A DNA stretch of 64,000 nucleotides. Source: Bugula neritina (Eukaryota > Animalia > Bryozoa). Location: NCBI GenBank assembly GCA_964035545.1, contig OZ037767.1, positions 2,863,680-2,927,679 on the forward strand. Reading direction: 5' to 3'. Made by a program: the position numbers and the translations under genes. The stretch's first letter is position 1; every line of letters starts with the position of its first letter. Shown here piece by piece: positions 49,836 to 63,700 of the stretch. The notes under the pieces are model-generated. The model was not told the origin of the DNA. It made no database searches and saw only the letters and a program-made list of their open reading frames with translations.

Positions 49836-52359
49836 TCAAATCTTAGCGTTATCATAATCAGACTTTCCACCAGTCTTAAACAACAGTTCGATGTCAGAAA
49901 TAATAATGTCATGAGTGATGGCCTTACACATGTCATAGATGGTAAGGGCGGCCAGTGAAACAGCCGTCAAAGCTTCCATTTCCACACCAGTAGAAGACTC
50001 AGTCTTAACCTCACTGTATAAAATAACACTGTGGCTGTCCGCCACAAGGTCAAAATCTACAGACACCTTAGAGAGGTTAATACTGTGACACAGTGGAATT
50101 AGGTTGCTGGTCTTTTTAGCTCCAGTAATCCCAGCAATACGTGCTACAGAGAGCACGTCCCCTTTAGCTAACTGGTTTTCTATAACAAGGTTATATGCTT
50201 GTTTACCAAGATACACACGAGCTGTAGCCTTGGCAATACGCACTGCAGGTAGTTTACCAGACACGTCAACCATATTAGCTTTACCTGCAGAGTCTGTGTG
50301 AGTTAAGGAAGAAGTTCCAGAATATGTGTCACGATTTGATTGGTTAGAAAGTAATGATCCAACATTACTCAGTACAGACGCTATAGACATTTCTGGTGCC
50401 TCGCCAAACCTCTCTCGATACTGATCATTCCAATAATCTCCGGAATATTTACACTCTGCAGATACTATGTCATCAGGTTTAGCTGTGACATCATCAGATT
50501 TAGCTGTGACATCATCAGATTTAGCTGTTAGATGACGCACATGATTAGAGCCATCAAATACATGACTATTATGATTGGAAGAGTTAGACTTGGTAGAATA
50601 AAGTCTGGCAGATGAGAATTGGCGAGTTTTCAACTTGGGCAGATAACTGGATACCCATTCTAAAAAACATGATGCCAAAAACTCTACGATTTTTACAAGC
50701 TGTACAATTATCATAGAAAAGTAATTTTTATGTTCAAAGATGATTCTGCTCCAATTCATTAAGTTTCCTTCACATTTTAAGTAGAAACCAATTTTGAGAT
50801 ACTAAGTTTCAGTAGTTACAACAATACGAAGCTATGCCCAAAAACACATTTTTTTTCAAATTTAAATTAATTTACTTAGAATTAGTTAAAACCAAATTAC
50901 TAGCACCAAAAACATGTAGCCTATGCAATTTGGTTTGAGTATTTAACTGCATAGAAAGTCTATCATCCCTTTTTTAAGCAATTATGAAACTGTACAATTA
51001 CTTATAGTCATTATTAAAATATCTATGTAAGAATTAAAATCTTTAACATGTAACTCATAAAAGAGAAGGCGCGTTTAAAAGCATTCTAATCGAGCTAATA
51101 ATTTTATTTTGAAATGTATTACATATATTAATATATTCAGCAACAAAGACTTCTATATGTAATTATACCTAAAATAAAATCTACCAAAACACAATTAAAC
51201 AGAAAACAAAATTAATTGAAATTAAAATTTATAAAATTTCAAATGTTTGTCATACATTCGTCGTGTCACCCACCAATTAAACTAATTGATCGGTTTATAC
51301 ATAGTTGAGCTTGTAGTAGAGCAATATTACATGAAACAGAGGTGACAACTCTGAAAAGGTAATTGCAAGTGTCATAAATGATTTATAAACATACATGACC
51401 ACAAAATATTCTTTTCAAAATCTTGCAAAAGACCAAAACACGACTTCATAGTATTGGTTTAAAAGCTTCTAAGTAATAACTGGCAGTGCTTCAAACATAT
51501 TATAAGAAACTTTCAGCTTAGCAAGCACTTTAGAGTCAGAATTTTCAAATTCACTACTTTGCATAGAGTTTTTAATAGAATTTACTTACTCAATAGACTG
51601 CAAGGTTCTGTTGAGCTGATTTTACTATATGACGCGAAATTTGCTAAATAGGTGGGGGGTAAAGTAGGGCCTGGACTTTTCTACAACAATGAAAAAAGAA
51701 ATAGTAATGCTTCTAAAAGGATATGACAAAACGCAGATTATAATGCAGGCTATTTGAACATTGACAATTCTAAGTATTTCACAGTTATATTGTATTTTTA
51801 CAACTCTTATCGAAAATCCTGGAGAAAAAAAAGTTTTGCAGGCTACTAGTAACTTAACTTAATGAAAATCTATTGCGGACAATATATTAAACAGATGCAC
51901 ATAATATATGAAGGCGGGTGAGTTTTAATAACTTTATTACTCACACTTTGGCTATCATGTTGATTTTCAGCATGCAAGATATTTTTCTCTCTCGCTGAGC
52001 TATGATGATTGCTAAAATTCAGCCCTCTACCAATCATTGACTTCAAACTCCATTGTGGCTGTGGAGAAGCATAAACGCGCGTAAGGTGGCGTAGACATCT
52101 TTCACCTGTTGCAAGATGTCATATACGACTTACAATATTTGAATTTAATAAATATATCAGAAAAAGAACTATAAAGCATAGAAACGGTTATAATCACTAC
52201 ACCTTATTCAGTAGTTTATTTACTAGCAAGCATAACTTGCCAAGTCTCATTTTTATGATGAGAGCTAAAGAAACAAACTTGCAATACTACAAAAAGTTTC
52301 AGCTAACACAATACTTTTCAACCCTAAAGACTCATCATTCACTTAAACTTACCACTCAT
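49836..52359 (-). CDS. MOCS1: MOCS1B / MoaC cyclic pyranopterin monophosphate synthase, predicted stand-alone 301-aa form
   Basis: MoaC motifs LTHTDSAGKANMVDVSGK, KGDVLSVARIAGITGAKKTSNLIPLCH, TGVEMEALTAVSLAALTIYDMCKA, KTGGKS (certain). Proposed exons 52359-52353, 52105-52031, 50659-49836 join in frame (906 nt); the 5' exons are inferred. Confidence 0.9.
51266..51309 (-). pseudogene. Second, diverged copy of the MOCS1A terminal exon (NRSISLIGG-stop)
   Basis: AAC CGA TCA ATT AGT TTA ATT GGT GGG TGA vs genuine AAC AGA CCA ATG ATA CTA ATT GGT GGC TGA: 23 of 30 nt identical. Confidence 0.65.
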
Positions 52360-53189
52360 AACTTGAGACTGACTCGGGCTTTTTGTACAACTCCAGGTTA
52401 CTATAAACACATAAATCAGTGGTAGTATCCACCAGAATATAATCAAGCGTACTAGCAATACTAATAGCACTAGTAGAGCTATAACTATGACTAAATCGCA
52501 ATATATTAGTATTATATAATAACTTAGCCTATAAGTATCTTTATGAGTACTTTATCTGTATTAAACGTTCACTTTGACTTTCACTTAGAGTTAGTAATCT
52601 TAATTTTGTTTTTTAAAGCTAATATTACTAGTTTAGCATTTGCACGGCATTATGAGTATTTGATTAAAATTGAGTTATTACTTGAAGATGATAGTCGAGA
52701 GCCATAACTCAAACTGTAACATAAACTGTAAAATTAAACATAAATAGAAGTTGATTATTACGTAAGACTCAACACTAATACTAATAGTTACTAATAGTAA
52801 TAATAATAGACTAGGTCTAATAGTAATACTAATAGTTAATCTTTATCTCATGAGTCAAACTTAATGTTATCATTATGATCATCATCATGATCATCATCAA
52901 GTGATCATCATCATCATCATCCTGATGATGATCTCCTAAAACTTTTACTAAAAGTAAAGCTTAATAATTATAATCATAATGGGCATAACTTAAAAATTTA
53001 AAATGATATATCATTCATGACTAATTGATGTTGATGCTGCACATTTATTGAGTTGTGCTATTACAAAGGCTTTAAAAAGTTTAGCCAACACAATGATCAT
53101 GATAGTGATGGTGAATATCATCGCAACAGTCACTGGGTGTAAAAAGTAATTGTTGAACTCCTTCTGTAGGTGAAAAGAGTTATTGGAAA

Positions 53190-53310
53190 TTCATTTCAGT
53201 ATTTTTACCGAGCATCGACGCGTCAAAACTACAAAAATATTATTTCGCGAACGCGGCTCCAGAGTTATCTTCCTTTAACTGATATGGCTACATCGCTCGC
53301 CCCTGAATAT
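53190..53310 (-). promoter_or_regulatory. Candidate independent promoter for MOCS1B
   Basis: CpG-dense patch (CGAGCATCGACGCGTC...TTCGCGAACGCGG...CATCGCTCGCCC) followed on the minus strand by the low-complexity tract that marks other 5' gene ends in this window. Confidence 0.5.
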
Positions 53311-54765
53311 GCATTACAAATTATGCATTTTTTGTGTACTTCTGAACTATTTACATTCATACTGAAGCAGAATAAATGTATTAGCTAACAGCAATAATAC
53401 ATGCTTGTATAAAATATCATCTTTGACCTCAAGAAAAAATGAGATAGCAAAGGTTTGCCAACACAATAGCTATGTTTTAAATTAGCTTTTTAAACTTATA
53501 TACCTTTCCAATCTTACAATAAAGCATATTTCCTGATATTTAGAAAATAGAGAACTAAGCAACTAGTTTAGAAGGCTCCATTAGCAAAACAGGAGGATTA
53601 CCTTCTCTCCCCACCCCCAAAGAAAGCTCATATTTTCACCGCATTACAGTCCAGTGGTGCTACAGCTAGATAGGCATATGCATCGTACATAATAATATGA
53701 TCATGGTAGGAAACAACAAAACAAAACTATTAATCATAAAAATTTCATCTTTTATTTTTATTGCATTTGATTTGAAAATTTGTCATAGATAATCATATAA
53801 AAATATGCAATAAACAATTTTCCTTATATTTTATAATACAAACTTTGCACCATAATAACATGTATCGTAGTACATATGGAATGTAAATCATTTACAAAGG
53901 GAATTTCAGGCCAACTTATCCAGCAAATCAAGAAAATAAAAACAGAATATGAAAATAATACAATATTTGTACACAAATTTTCAATAGCTTATTTTATAAA
54001 TTTTTGTCACCAAATTTGGTTTAAAAAACATAAAACTAAAGACTAATAGGATATAAAAATTATAATTATAATTGTCCTTTAAAAATGTATTTTTACTGAA
54101 ACCAGCAACAACTGGCAAATAAATTCGGTAACTTTTGATTAGAGCAGTCAGAAAGCTCAAGTATTAACAAAACATCATGAAAGCAACCTATGAACAATAA
54201 TGTACAAACATCAGTATGTTGCATAATTTTGCATAAAATAATACCACTCAAATCACCTATCAATAAAAACACACTACACTGCGATGAACAGATTTCAATA
54301 AACTTTAATAAATATTAAAAATTAATGATTTATTAAAATATTATTATTGAAAACACTAAACCTCTAAGAACAGATAACTCTTACTTTGATCAAAATATTA
54401 TGAGAGCACTTGCTAACAACTTGCTAAAATGGTGTCAAATGACAAAATCAGCAAAAACAAAGCGTAGAAAATGCCAAAACCATTATTAGCGTTAGCAAGG
54501 CATAAATTAAAAGTATTGCATATAATCACATTCATGCTGCAGAAAAATATTTTTCAAAATAAAGCTTGCTAAATTTGAAATTCTTTACCCCTTTTACGGC
54601 AAAGAAAATTCTCCATCTCTTGAAAAACTTGACGACTGCATTAGATTGCGTAAACGCAGCTTCACAGCATGCGCTCACCGCTCTAATATATTTATTGTCT
54701 GTGACACCATCATCTGAGTGATATATTCAAATGAAAGCTGTACCACCTGCTATACGTACATCATA

Positions 54766-57700
54766 TCAGCCACCAATTAGTATCATTGGTCTGTTCTTCA
54801 TATTTGTTAGATTACTCATACCTGAAACAATACAACAACACTTATAGTCGAGTACAACACAATCGAGATAAGACTTTGAAGAACTGTTGAGTGATACCCA
54901 TTGCTGCTGCTTGTTGCTATTGTTACTTATTGCTATGGTAATATATTAAAGTTTAAGTAGATTTCAGATATAATAGTCCAATTCCACCATCTAGAATTTT
55001 AGAACCTAAATAGTACTAGAACTTTAGGAGTTTCACAAAAGAAAAAAATTCCAGTCAAAAACAATTTCAAGATTTTACAGCATAAAGATGCATAAACTAT
55101 TATATATAACAGGTTACATTTACCAGCATGCTGTTTTTTCTTTTTTTTCACAGCTTTTCCTATGATGTCTAGAAGTTCATCGTCTGGTAAGTCAGACCTC
55201 AAAGCATCTCTCAAAGAAACCTCAGCATTACCAAACAAACACACCTGAATTAACAAGTAAAGATTGGAGTAAAACTTGTGAGGTACTCCACACCAGTGTG
55301 CAGTATTTGAGTGATGGTTGCACTGATATTAATTTTTTTCACAACATACAATACAGATCTTTTAAAAAATGCTTCACCAAAGTTAATCAATGCTACACTA
55401 TTTTTAAATTATAATTTATTGAGCAAATAAGTGTTAGAACACTTATTGAGACCCTGTCCATATATCCCACCTTCAAATTACCATCTGCTGTAATTCTCAG
55501 CCTATTACAGCCACCGCAGAAATGCTCACTCATTGAGGTAATGAAACCAATTTTACCGGCAAATCCAGGTGCAGTGAAAGACTAAAATACAGACAACATA
55601 GAGATGAATTACGCAGTATTACATCCCAATGTAACTGCATGCATATAGTTTTTTACCAAAAGTGTATTCTGTGCAAACATGAATTTAGGTGATTTTAACT
55701 CATGCAAGTTTCTCTAAAATTAGTAAGACAACTCCAACTAGATTAGAAAAATATGTTTGCTATAAAAAGAAAAAGATAACTCCAACATTTATAAAGAATG
55801 CCAATTTTATAAGGTTCAAGTAATTCTACAGTACAATTAGTTTTAATTGGTTAAAATAATGTAATTATTAAAAATCCAGAAAAAAAGTTTTATAAAAAGT
55901 TTATGATGTCCTTTGAGAACCATTCACCTTGGATGTATCAGTGGAGTCATTGGACAGTCTATAGAGGTTAGGAAACTCTTTCCGTATCAACTCTAACATC
56001 TCCATGTAGCTGAACATTTTCATCTGACTCCATTTGTTTCCATCAAAAGGCATGTACTCTATGAACCTCACGTCTATTGGCTAAACCAAGATAAATATGC
56101 AACTACAAAATTATCTATTACGACATAATCAAAGCCTAAAAGAAAGCTAATACTCCAAGAGTAGACAATCACCTCAAAAGTAAATTGCACAGATCTATGA
56201 GCTGTACCTTATCCAGAAAAGTTCAATAAGGAAAAATATATAGTAATGTTGAATTATTTTTACTGCATATTTAAAATAAAATATTATGAGCATAAATCTA
56301 AGAACTTTGGTTAGCAGGTAAAGAGAGTCCAGTTGTTTGAAATATATATAATATAGTTATCTATGAAGTAGTTTAAAGCAAATAGAGTTACCCCAGTCCT
56401 GGTTTTTAGTGAAAAAAATTAATTAAAGATGCATAGTTTATCAATAGCTGAGAAAATAAATTATTCAGTTTTACTCTAAATACTTAATATAAAACATGGC
56501 AGGTTGAGATAAGTTGTGACCTGAGCAACCAGATGACAGAAAATTGAGTCATCAAACTCACCAAAGTCTGCGCAAGTTTTACGAAGCCCACAATCTCGTC
56601 TTCATTCAATCCTCTCATCACCACACAATTGAGTTTGATCCTAGCAAAACCGCTGTCAATGGCAGCGTGTATTCCATCCATCACATTTTGCCAACCTACA
56701 TGGTCAGCATAAATTCAGTTACTGAACAGAAAAATCAAAATGAATATGAAACTTTTGAAACAATATAAATTTAATAAATTAGTAAACGATGTTGAAGAAG
56801 AATCACTAGGCTTATCATTAGGTTTCATCGACTTAAAAAAATATTTTCCTCAACTTAGTACTAAGTTAGTAGTGTACTGAGTTGTACTAAGTTAAAATAG
56901 TATTGAGTTAAAACTCTAAGTTACCACAGGATTGAGAAAAATATATTTCCTTTGATTCAGCAAACAATTAACTTAGTTCTATTAAATGGTGCAAGTCTGC
57001 ATCTGCGCTGAAAATGAAATCATGACTCTACACTATACGTTTTTACAATTGCTAAAATATGTATTCAATACAAATGCATGAAACCCTATTAGAAAATCTC
57101 AAAGTGAGTCAAAATTAAATAATTCAAAAAGGTATGCAACCTGGAAAAAAATTACAGCAGCTCAAATGAAAAACTAGGTACTCTGTTATTAGTGTTCAGG
57201 AGTGACAAAATATAAAAAGGTGTGTCAGTTTTTATAGCAACCCAACCAGAGTAATTATTTTTCAAAATTAATTTTTTTATTGCACAAAAACAGTTAGACA
57301 CTTAGAATATTCAACAAAAACTCTGGCTTCAGCTATCGGCAGCTCATATTTAGTGAAAACAAGTACTTGACTATTTTATTTGATGGAAATTAATACAAGA
57401 AATGAAATATGAAAAACCTAACCATTTCTTCTCGTGACAAACTGGAACTTTTTGGGTTCTAAGGTGTCGAGTGAAATGTTGATATGATCAAGCCCTGCTT
57501 GCTTCAACGCCTTTGCTTTTCGTTTCAATGTTATACCATTCGTAGTCATACCAATGGTCTTCAGTCCCTCCGACTTCAACTCGTTCAAAGATTCTATACA
57601 TGTAGGAATAACTGGCTATATTTCTATGAATTATTACATTGCAAGAAAATATGAATATAAAGATTCATGAAAGAAAAATTAGCAATCTGAAAATTTGGCC

Positions 57701-58954
57701 ATTAATTAAACTGGAATCTAATTCAAAAAGAAAACTTCAGCACTCTAACACTGAAAATAGTTTGTCTAAGAAACCTAACAGAGATCATATTGGAGAACAC
57801 AGAATCAAGTTTTAAAAATATTCTGAATTGCGAGCCTCTGTTTTTGTGATACACAAACCCCTACAATGTCAAATTTCCACTTTATGGTAATACACACTAA
57901 ATATGCTGGATGCAAGAATTTCTCCTAAAGTTAACAAATAACAATACTAACAGATATACCTATGATTTGCAGCAGATCTTTACGAACCATGGGTTCTCCA
58001 CCAGTTAATCGGATCTTATCAACTCCTTCAGCAACAAACAGCTGAGCTAATTTCAAAACCTCGGCATTAGATAAAAGTTTTTCCTTTTTGGTTAATTCAA
58101 CTCCTTCTTCTGGCATACAATATTTACCTGTATAGATTATATATACATATATATGCACATGATACTATTTACCTTTATATAATATATAGACAAACAAGCA
58201 AGCACGCACATATTAAAACATGACTTACATCGTAAATTGCAGCGCTCCGTTAAAGAAATTCTAAGATATGTATGATGTCTGGAAAAAGAGTCTACTAAGA
58301 AATGTGAGAAAGGTAAAATGGTGCTTGGATTTTCCTACAACATAAAAACCATCAAATATATTTCAACAATGCATCAAGATGATGACGTCCTATAGATGAT
58401 CCAATAGGTAAATAAATGAGCTGCAAAACTGAAGTTTTTTTTTACATTTATTACAAACCTTTCCATTTTTAATTCTGATATGGCATATGTTACTAGAAAA
58501 TTTAGTGCTGACAAAAAAAATTTTAATAACTCAAATTCTTCAACTTTTTTGAAAACATAACTTTTTCTATTGCATTCTTTAGCATGTCTCAACTTCTTCA
58601 TTACAATGCCTGCATTACTAATTACAACATTAAAAGCAAGTAATTTTAGTTTTGGTTGTAAATACCGGCAACTGCAATTTATTGATAGCAATTTTATAAC
58701 CAGTTGTTTTACTAAGTGTAAAAATAAGTTTCTTTTACCATTTGATGGCTATTTTGATCTTCAACTTGTATTTCGCTGTTCAGTTTTTGTCTACCTATAT
58801 TATCAGATGAAATTTTTTGGCCAATAAAAGTTGAACTGTTTGACTTCGTACTCCATAGTGACCGATGAAATGTAATTCGTGACTCAAAGTGATCGAAATG
58901 CTGCAAACATCTTTTCCTTGTTGCAGCAGCCGAAGGTAGCAGTTTAAATGCCAT
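54766..58954 (-). CDS. MOCS1: MOCS1A / MoaA radical-SAM GTP 3',8-cyclase, 411 aa, 9 coding exons
   Basis: Exons 58954-58739, 58334-58229, 58127-57960, 57593-57423, 56695-56562, 56080-55928, 55581-55471, 55244-55124, 54821-54766 (1236 nt). [67 protein letters not shown]-terminal NRPMILIGG-stop; presequence-like N-terminus. Confidence 0.96.
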
Positions 58955-60661
58955 TCCAATCTACAAGTTTAATTAAAAACACAAAATATATAAAGCTCAT
59001 ATAATTAGTGTTAAACAATCAACATGTATATGCAAATGTTTGACTTAGCATTTTGTAACAAGGCTTGTATTTTATTAATATTTTTGTTATTGTAATTAGA
59101 AAGGGGGTAAGCGCAATACTTGCCTGACTTAAACCAAAGAGTGTCACCATAGCAAACAAATCGTATAGGCAGACATATTGAAAGTTAGGCAGCAAGTTAC
59201 TTAGAATTACAGTATTGAAATTTTACATAACTTTATACCTACTTGGCACTTGGGTTTATCTGTAAACCTTGTGAGTGTAACTTGATTAAATTTATTAGAA
59301 GTATAAGCATAAAAATTGCAATAGTAAGATGCTTAAAACTTGCAGTTCAAATTTACTAATGATTTAGTTCTTTTGAAAACTGTTCAAATACTTTACATTT
59401 CACTTGAAAACACATCATCATGATGATGATCATGATCAGCTATTGCTAAACTACAATTCAAATTGATTAAACAAGAACATAAACTCTTAATAGTATTCGT
59501 TGCGAACAACCATCAGTTTAGTGATAAGAATTAGAAAAATTTAAAACTCATAACTCATAGCTAAGCTTCACTTATTTAAAATTACGAGACAAAACTTGTA
59601 TGCCGAGGTTGAAAATAAATTAAAATTATTTAAAATGATGGCAAAACAGAAATAACTGGGTGTATGTGATAGCTCATTATCTTGGGTTGCAGGTATAACG
59701 GTTAAGATTATTTCTTCAATGTGTATTTATGTGAGAATCCGTAACATTTACGACACTAATTGGTGTTAAAACAGTATTTTTATAAAGGAGAGAGTAACTC
59801 GTAGACTTCCTTTAAGAGGATACTCGCGTCTTTTTAAAAAGAGGAAACATGTGCTTTTTGCAAAAGTTAACTCCTAATGAGATTGCTGACTGATGGCTAA
59901 TAGTAATTGTCATTAGGGTCGTGTCATTGAGTAATTGCATAGTTGTTCATTACTTCATATTCTTAAGTTAAAATTGAGTGTAAGTGTTAGTTTTAGTTTA
60001 TTTTGAAGTTAATCATAAAATAATCATTATTTAGTCTTCATAAAAAGTAATTATTTTTTAATTAATTACATGTTTTAAATATTTTATTAACACATTGACA
60101 TTATGATTATTTTAAAATCATGAATTATTACATTTACTTCTAACATGGTATTTACATCAACATTTTTTATATGAAACTTGTAAGGTTGTAAATGTATACT
60201 TAAAGTTAATGATGATCTTAGAGTTGATGTTATACTTGGTCTTATAGAAGTATCGATATCCACGTCGATACTCCTCCATATTCATATTGACTTTTCTACT
60301 GTGGCATGTGCTGCTATGTTAATTGCTGTTAAACAGATTAGATACTGAAAATTTAATAGCTATGCTAAGCACCTAACGCAATCAAATTATGTATGCAATT
60401 AGATTTTTACCTGGTTTCTCTTTCTTGCTCACAGTTTATGTCTCATGTATATCGGTTTTATTGGTATTTTACTCACCGATTTACATATAAATTTGTTTGT
60501 TTTAGTCACCTCTGACCAGGTCGAACTTCAGTACATAAGAGATAGAGGATTAATTAAAGTTTTGAAGCTGGCTCATCAGATCAAAAGGCTCTCATCTTAG
60601 TACCTCCTTATAGCTTGATCTCCAATAGTCAGTATAATCTTTATGATGAAAGCATTGAATG

Positions 60662-60662
<1 letters not shown>

Positions 60663-60739
<77 letters not shown>
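60663..60739. repeat. (TA)n microsatellite
   Basis: About 38 uninterrupted TA units. Confidence 0.98.
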
Positions 60740-60743
<4 letters not shown>

Positions 60744-63700
60744 AGAAGCAAAATGCTATTCTCCTTAATCTAGAAGCGTATGTTACGGTAAGTACACAAA
60801 AATTGTGTAATTCATAGATGTCCAATAATCATAGCGGTAACTTATGTTGAAATGTGTATACTATTCTGAAGCTAAATATCATATCCTTGCTAGCTAAGTG
60901 TATGCTCTTTGTTATGATGCATACGGAGATAACAAGGTATAGCTATAAATAGTTGGAATACATGTAAACGCTAAATACAAGAAATTATTGGGCCCTAAAT
61001 AACATCGAATATAGATGTTGTATAGCATTTATAGATGAATGTATATGTCTAATGGCATAGAAAACAACTTAATGGCTTTAATAGTAAAGTGCTTAAATAC
61101 ATATATAGGTAGATCAGTAATAGTTCCAGTACTGGTAACTTATTATTGACCAATTATTATTAATATTACATGCTGCTATTACTATGCTGGGCATGTTGCT
61201 ATGAAAAATAGTTTAAACTCATCATTATAACTTTGTAGTACTATTCTATTGTATGGATGTCTAATGTCTTGCAGTTTAGTGGCTTCTTTTTTATTGCTAT
61301 GATAGCATACATGTATAGCTATAGCTCTGGAAAGACAGGCAATGTTTCATTTATGTTCAGTAGTAATAGTTCACCCTAATTTTTATAGTAGTTTGAAGTT
61401 GTCTATTCAGTCATTTCATTTATCTTAAAATAAAAGAGATCAAGAACAGAATAAACAATTGGATTAATTTTCTTTAAAACTCTATTATGGTTTGAACAAC
61501 TTCTCTGGAAGTTCGACCTAAGGTTTTTAACTAGGTAGGCCATAAAATAACTTGAGCCCTTTATGATTTGCCTAAACATGTCAATCAAAGCTGTGCGCAT
61601 GCATGCAACATAAATTAAAGGATATCAATTATCCAGTCTAGACAAACTCTAATATTCTGAAGCTGTTGAGATTATAGATTATTTTATTCTACCTAAACAG
61701 GATAAAGCGGAGATAGATGAGAATAGAATAAGTTAGAATGTTGACACGTATGCTGAGATAAATTATTGTAATTTGTACAATTTGGTCAAAAGAATTCTGT
61801 CAAAAAATTCCTAAGCTGGTCCTTACCTATTTAGCCTTAAATAGTACAAATTTAATTTGGTTGTGGTAACAACACCCATCAAACCAGTTAACCTATCCGG
61901 TGTACTTAGTGTGCTTAGCAATCTTTGCATTATATGATTATATTATATTATATTTACTGTTGAAACATTTTAAAGGTGGTTAACATTAATGGATTCAGTA
62001 CCATTTAAACTGTTGGAAAATTGTTAAGTAGTTTCTTTATGGAGAGTCAAATTTTTAATTCAAAAGGGAATTTTTAATAAAGTTTTCACTTAAAATTTGT
62101 CGTTTCCAATTTCGCCATATTTTTTCATAAGCTAAAAGTGAAGCATCTTTATGGCACATTTAACTCGGTTTCTAGTACTAGTATAAAAGAGTTTGTTCTG
62201 CTATTTTTGTAAATGGACAAATAATATTCATTACTTTCTATTCAGTTTCTTTTTATAAGCAATGTTGAGAGTTATCATTCTTGATTTTATTAGAAGAGAA
62301 CCTAACTTGGAAAGTAAATTATTTTTATTCTGGTAATACATATAACTTGGTAGATAAAAAATTCTGTGAAACGTAACTAGTATAATAAAATATTTCTTAG
62401 CAAACAAGAAAATGGAAAGTATATAAAAAATCTGCAAAACATATGTCAAATGGAAATGAAAGTAAAATTATAGTGTTTTGTTAATAATAGGATGGAATTT
62501 AAAGAAAGGTTTTATTGTTAATCTAGATGTAAAGTCAATACAGTATAATCTACTGAAAAGCAACCCACAAATTTGTGTGGTTTATTGTAAAAATATGAAA
62601 GTATGCAACACGCAAAATAATGAGAATTATAATGGTGATAATTTAATAATGGTGTCTGCTTACACGATGTATAATGACTACCAGATGAGTATTACTGAAT
62701 GTTCATGTATCACTTTAACTCAATTACCTGTGTGCCCTCATATGCTGCAATCACTATTAGCACGCTGTCCTAATAAATGTGTTGTGTGGTGGCCATGTAG
62801 AGTGTTGGCTTGGTTTAAGCAAGTAATTATTTTTCTTCCATCATGACTCTTATTGGGGTGTTTTTGGATTTAAAATGGTACATAATCCTTACTCTAACTG
62901 TCGGTAAGCACTTTGATCTTTTTCAAAATCCTCGTGGCTGGTTAAATTTTATTTTTCACTGTAGTCTTGGATTTTATGGATATTTATTTTAATTTTTGGT
63001 ACCTTCTACACTAATAAAATTTTTCTTGTACAATATTTTACTTTTCAAAATTGTAGTAGTAGTGAAAGTTAATTTTTTCTTCTTTGTGAAAGTGTGTAAA
63101 ATTAATTATTTTGTTGTTGTGGCTACTAGTCAAACATAATTTGTTAAATATATTTGTTTTATTTATTTAAAGAAATCTCACCCTGCTATATAGTTTTGTA
63201 CAGTAAACTGCACTCGTCAGGTGTTAGGTTGCATTTATACCTTTAGACTAATGAAAACTAATGTTTTTTAATTTGAAGATATAATTTATAGCAATTATAA
63301 GATATTTATATTAAATATTGACAGTGTTTTTATTTCATGCATAAAATGTCCTGAACAAACTAATTTGAACACAAAATAACTTATTCTTGAGTTCACCTAG
63401 AGTCTAGACAGTCTCAAATCAGTTTATTTTAAATAAACTTGTTATTTTGTTGAAAAGTCAACTTTTTACTCAATGGGAAAAGCTTCAACTTTAGCTTTGT
63501 TTGTCTACAGTTAAAACAAAGCTGTAAACTTAGTTCTCAGTCAGTAAAACATTTCCTAGTAAGCTTTACTACTATTATTACTAAATTGACACATATTTTA
63601 CACAGATCTTGTGCTATTGTGTTTTGTCTCATTGTATTTTCAGTTGCCCAGATTTCAGCTACACAGTATTCTGACCAGGTGGGTCCATGTTTCATATTAG

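Noticed and set aside
50660-50759. ATG at 50759 as the MOCS1B start
   Set aside because: The first ~33 codons are AT-rich, intron-like and end in a strong polypyrimidine-TAG acceptor at 50660; splicing is the better explanation.
361-58954. MTR plus MOCS1 as a cofactor-metabolism gene cluster or bacterial transfer
   Set aside because: Both are ordinary intron-rich animal housekeeping genes separated by unrelated genes; adjacency alone is not evidence.
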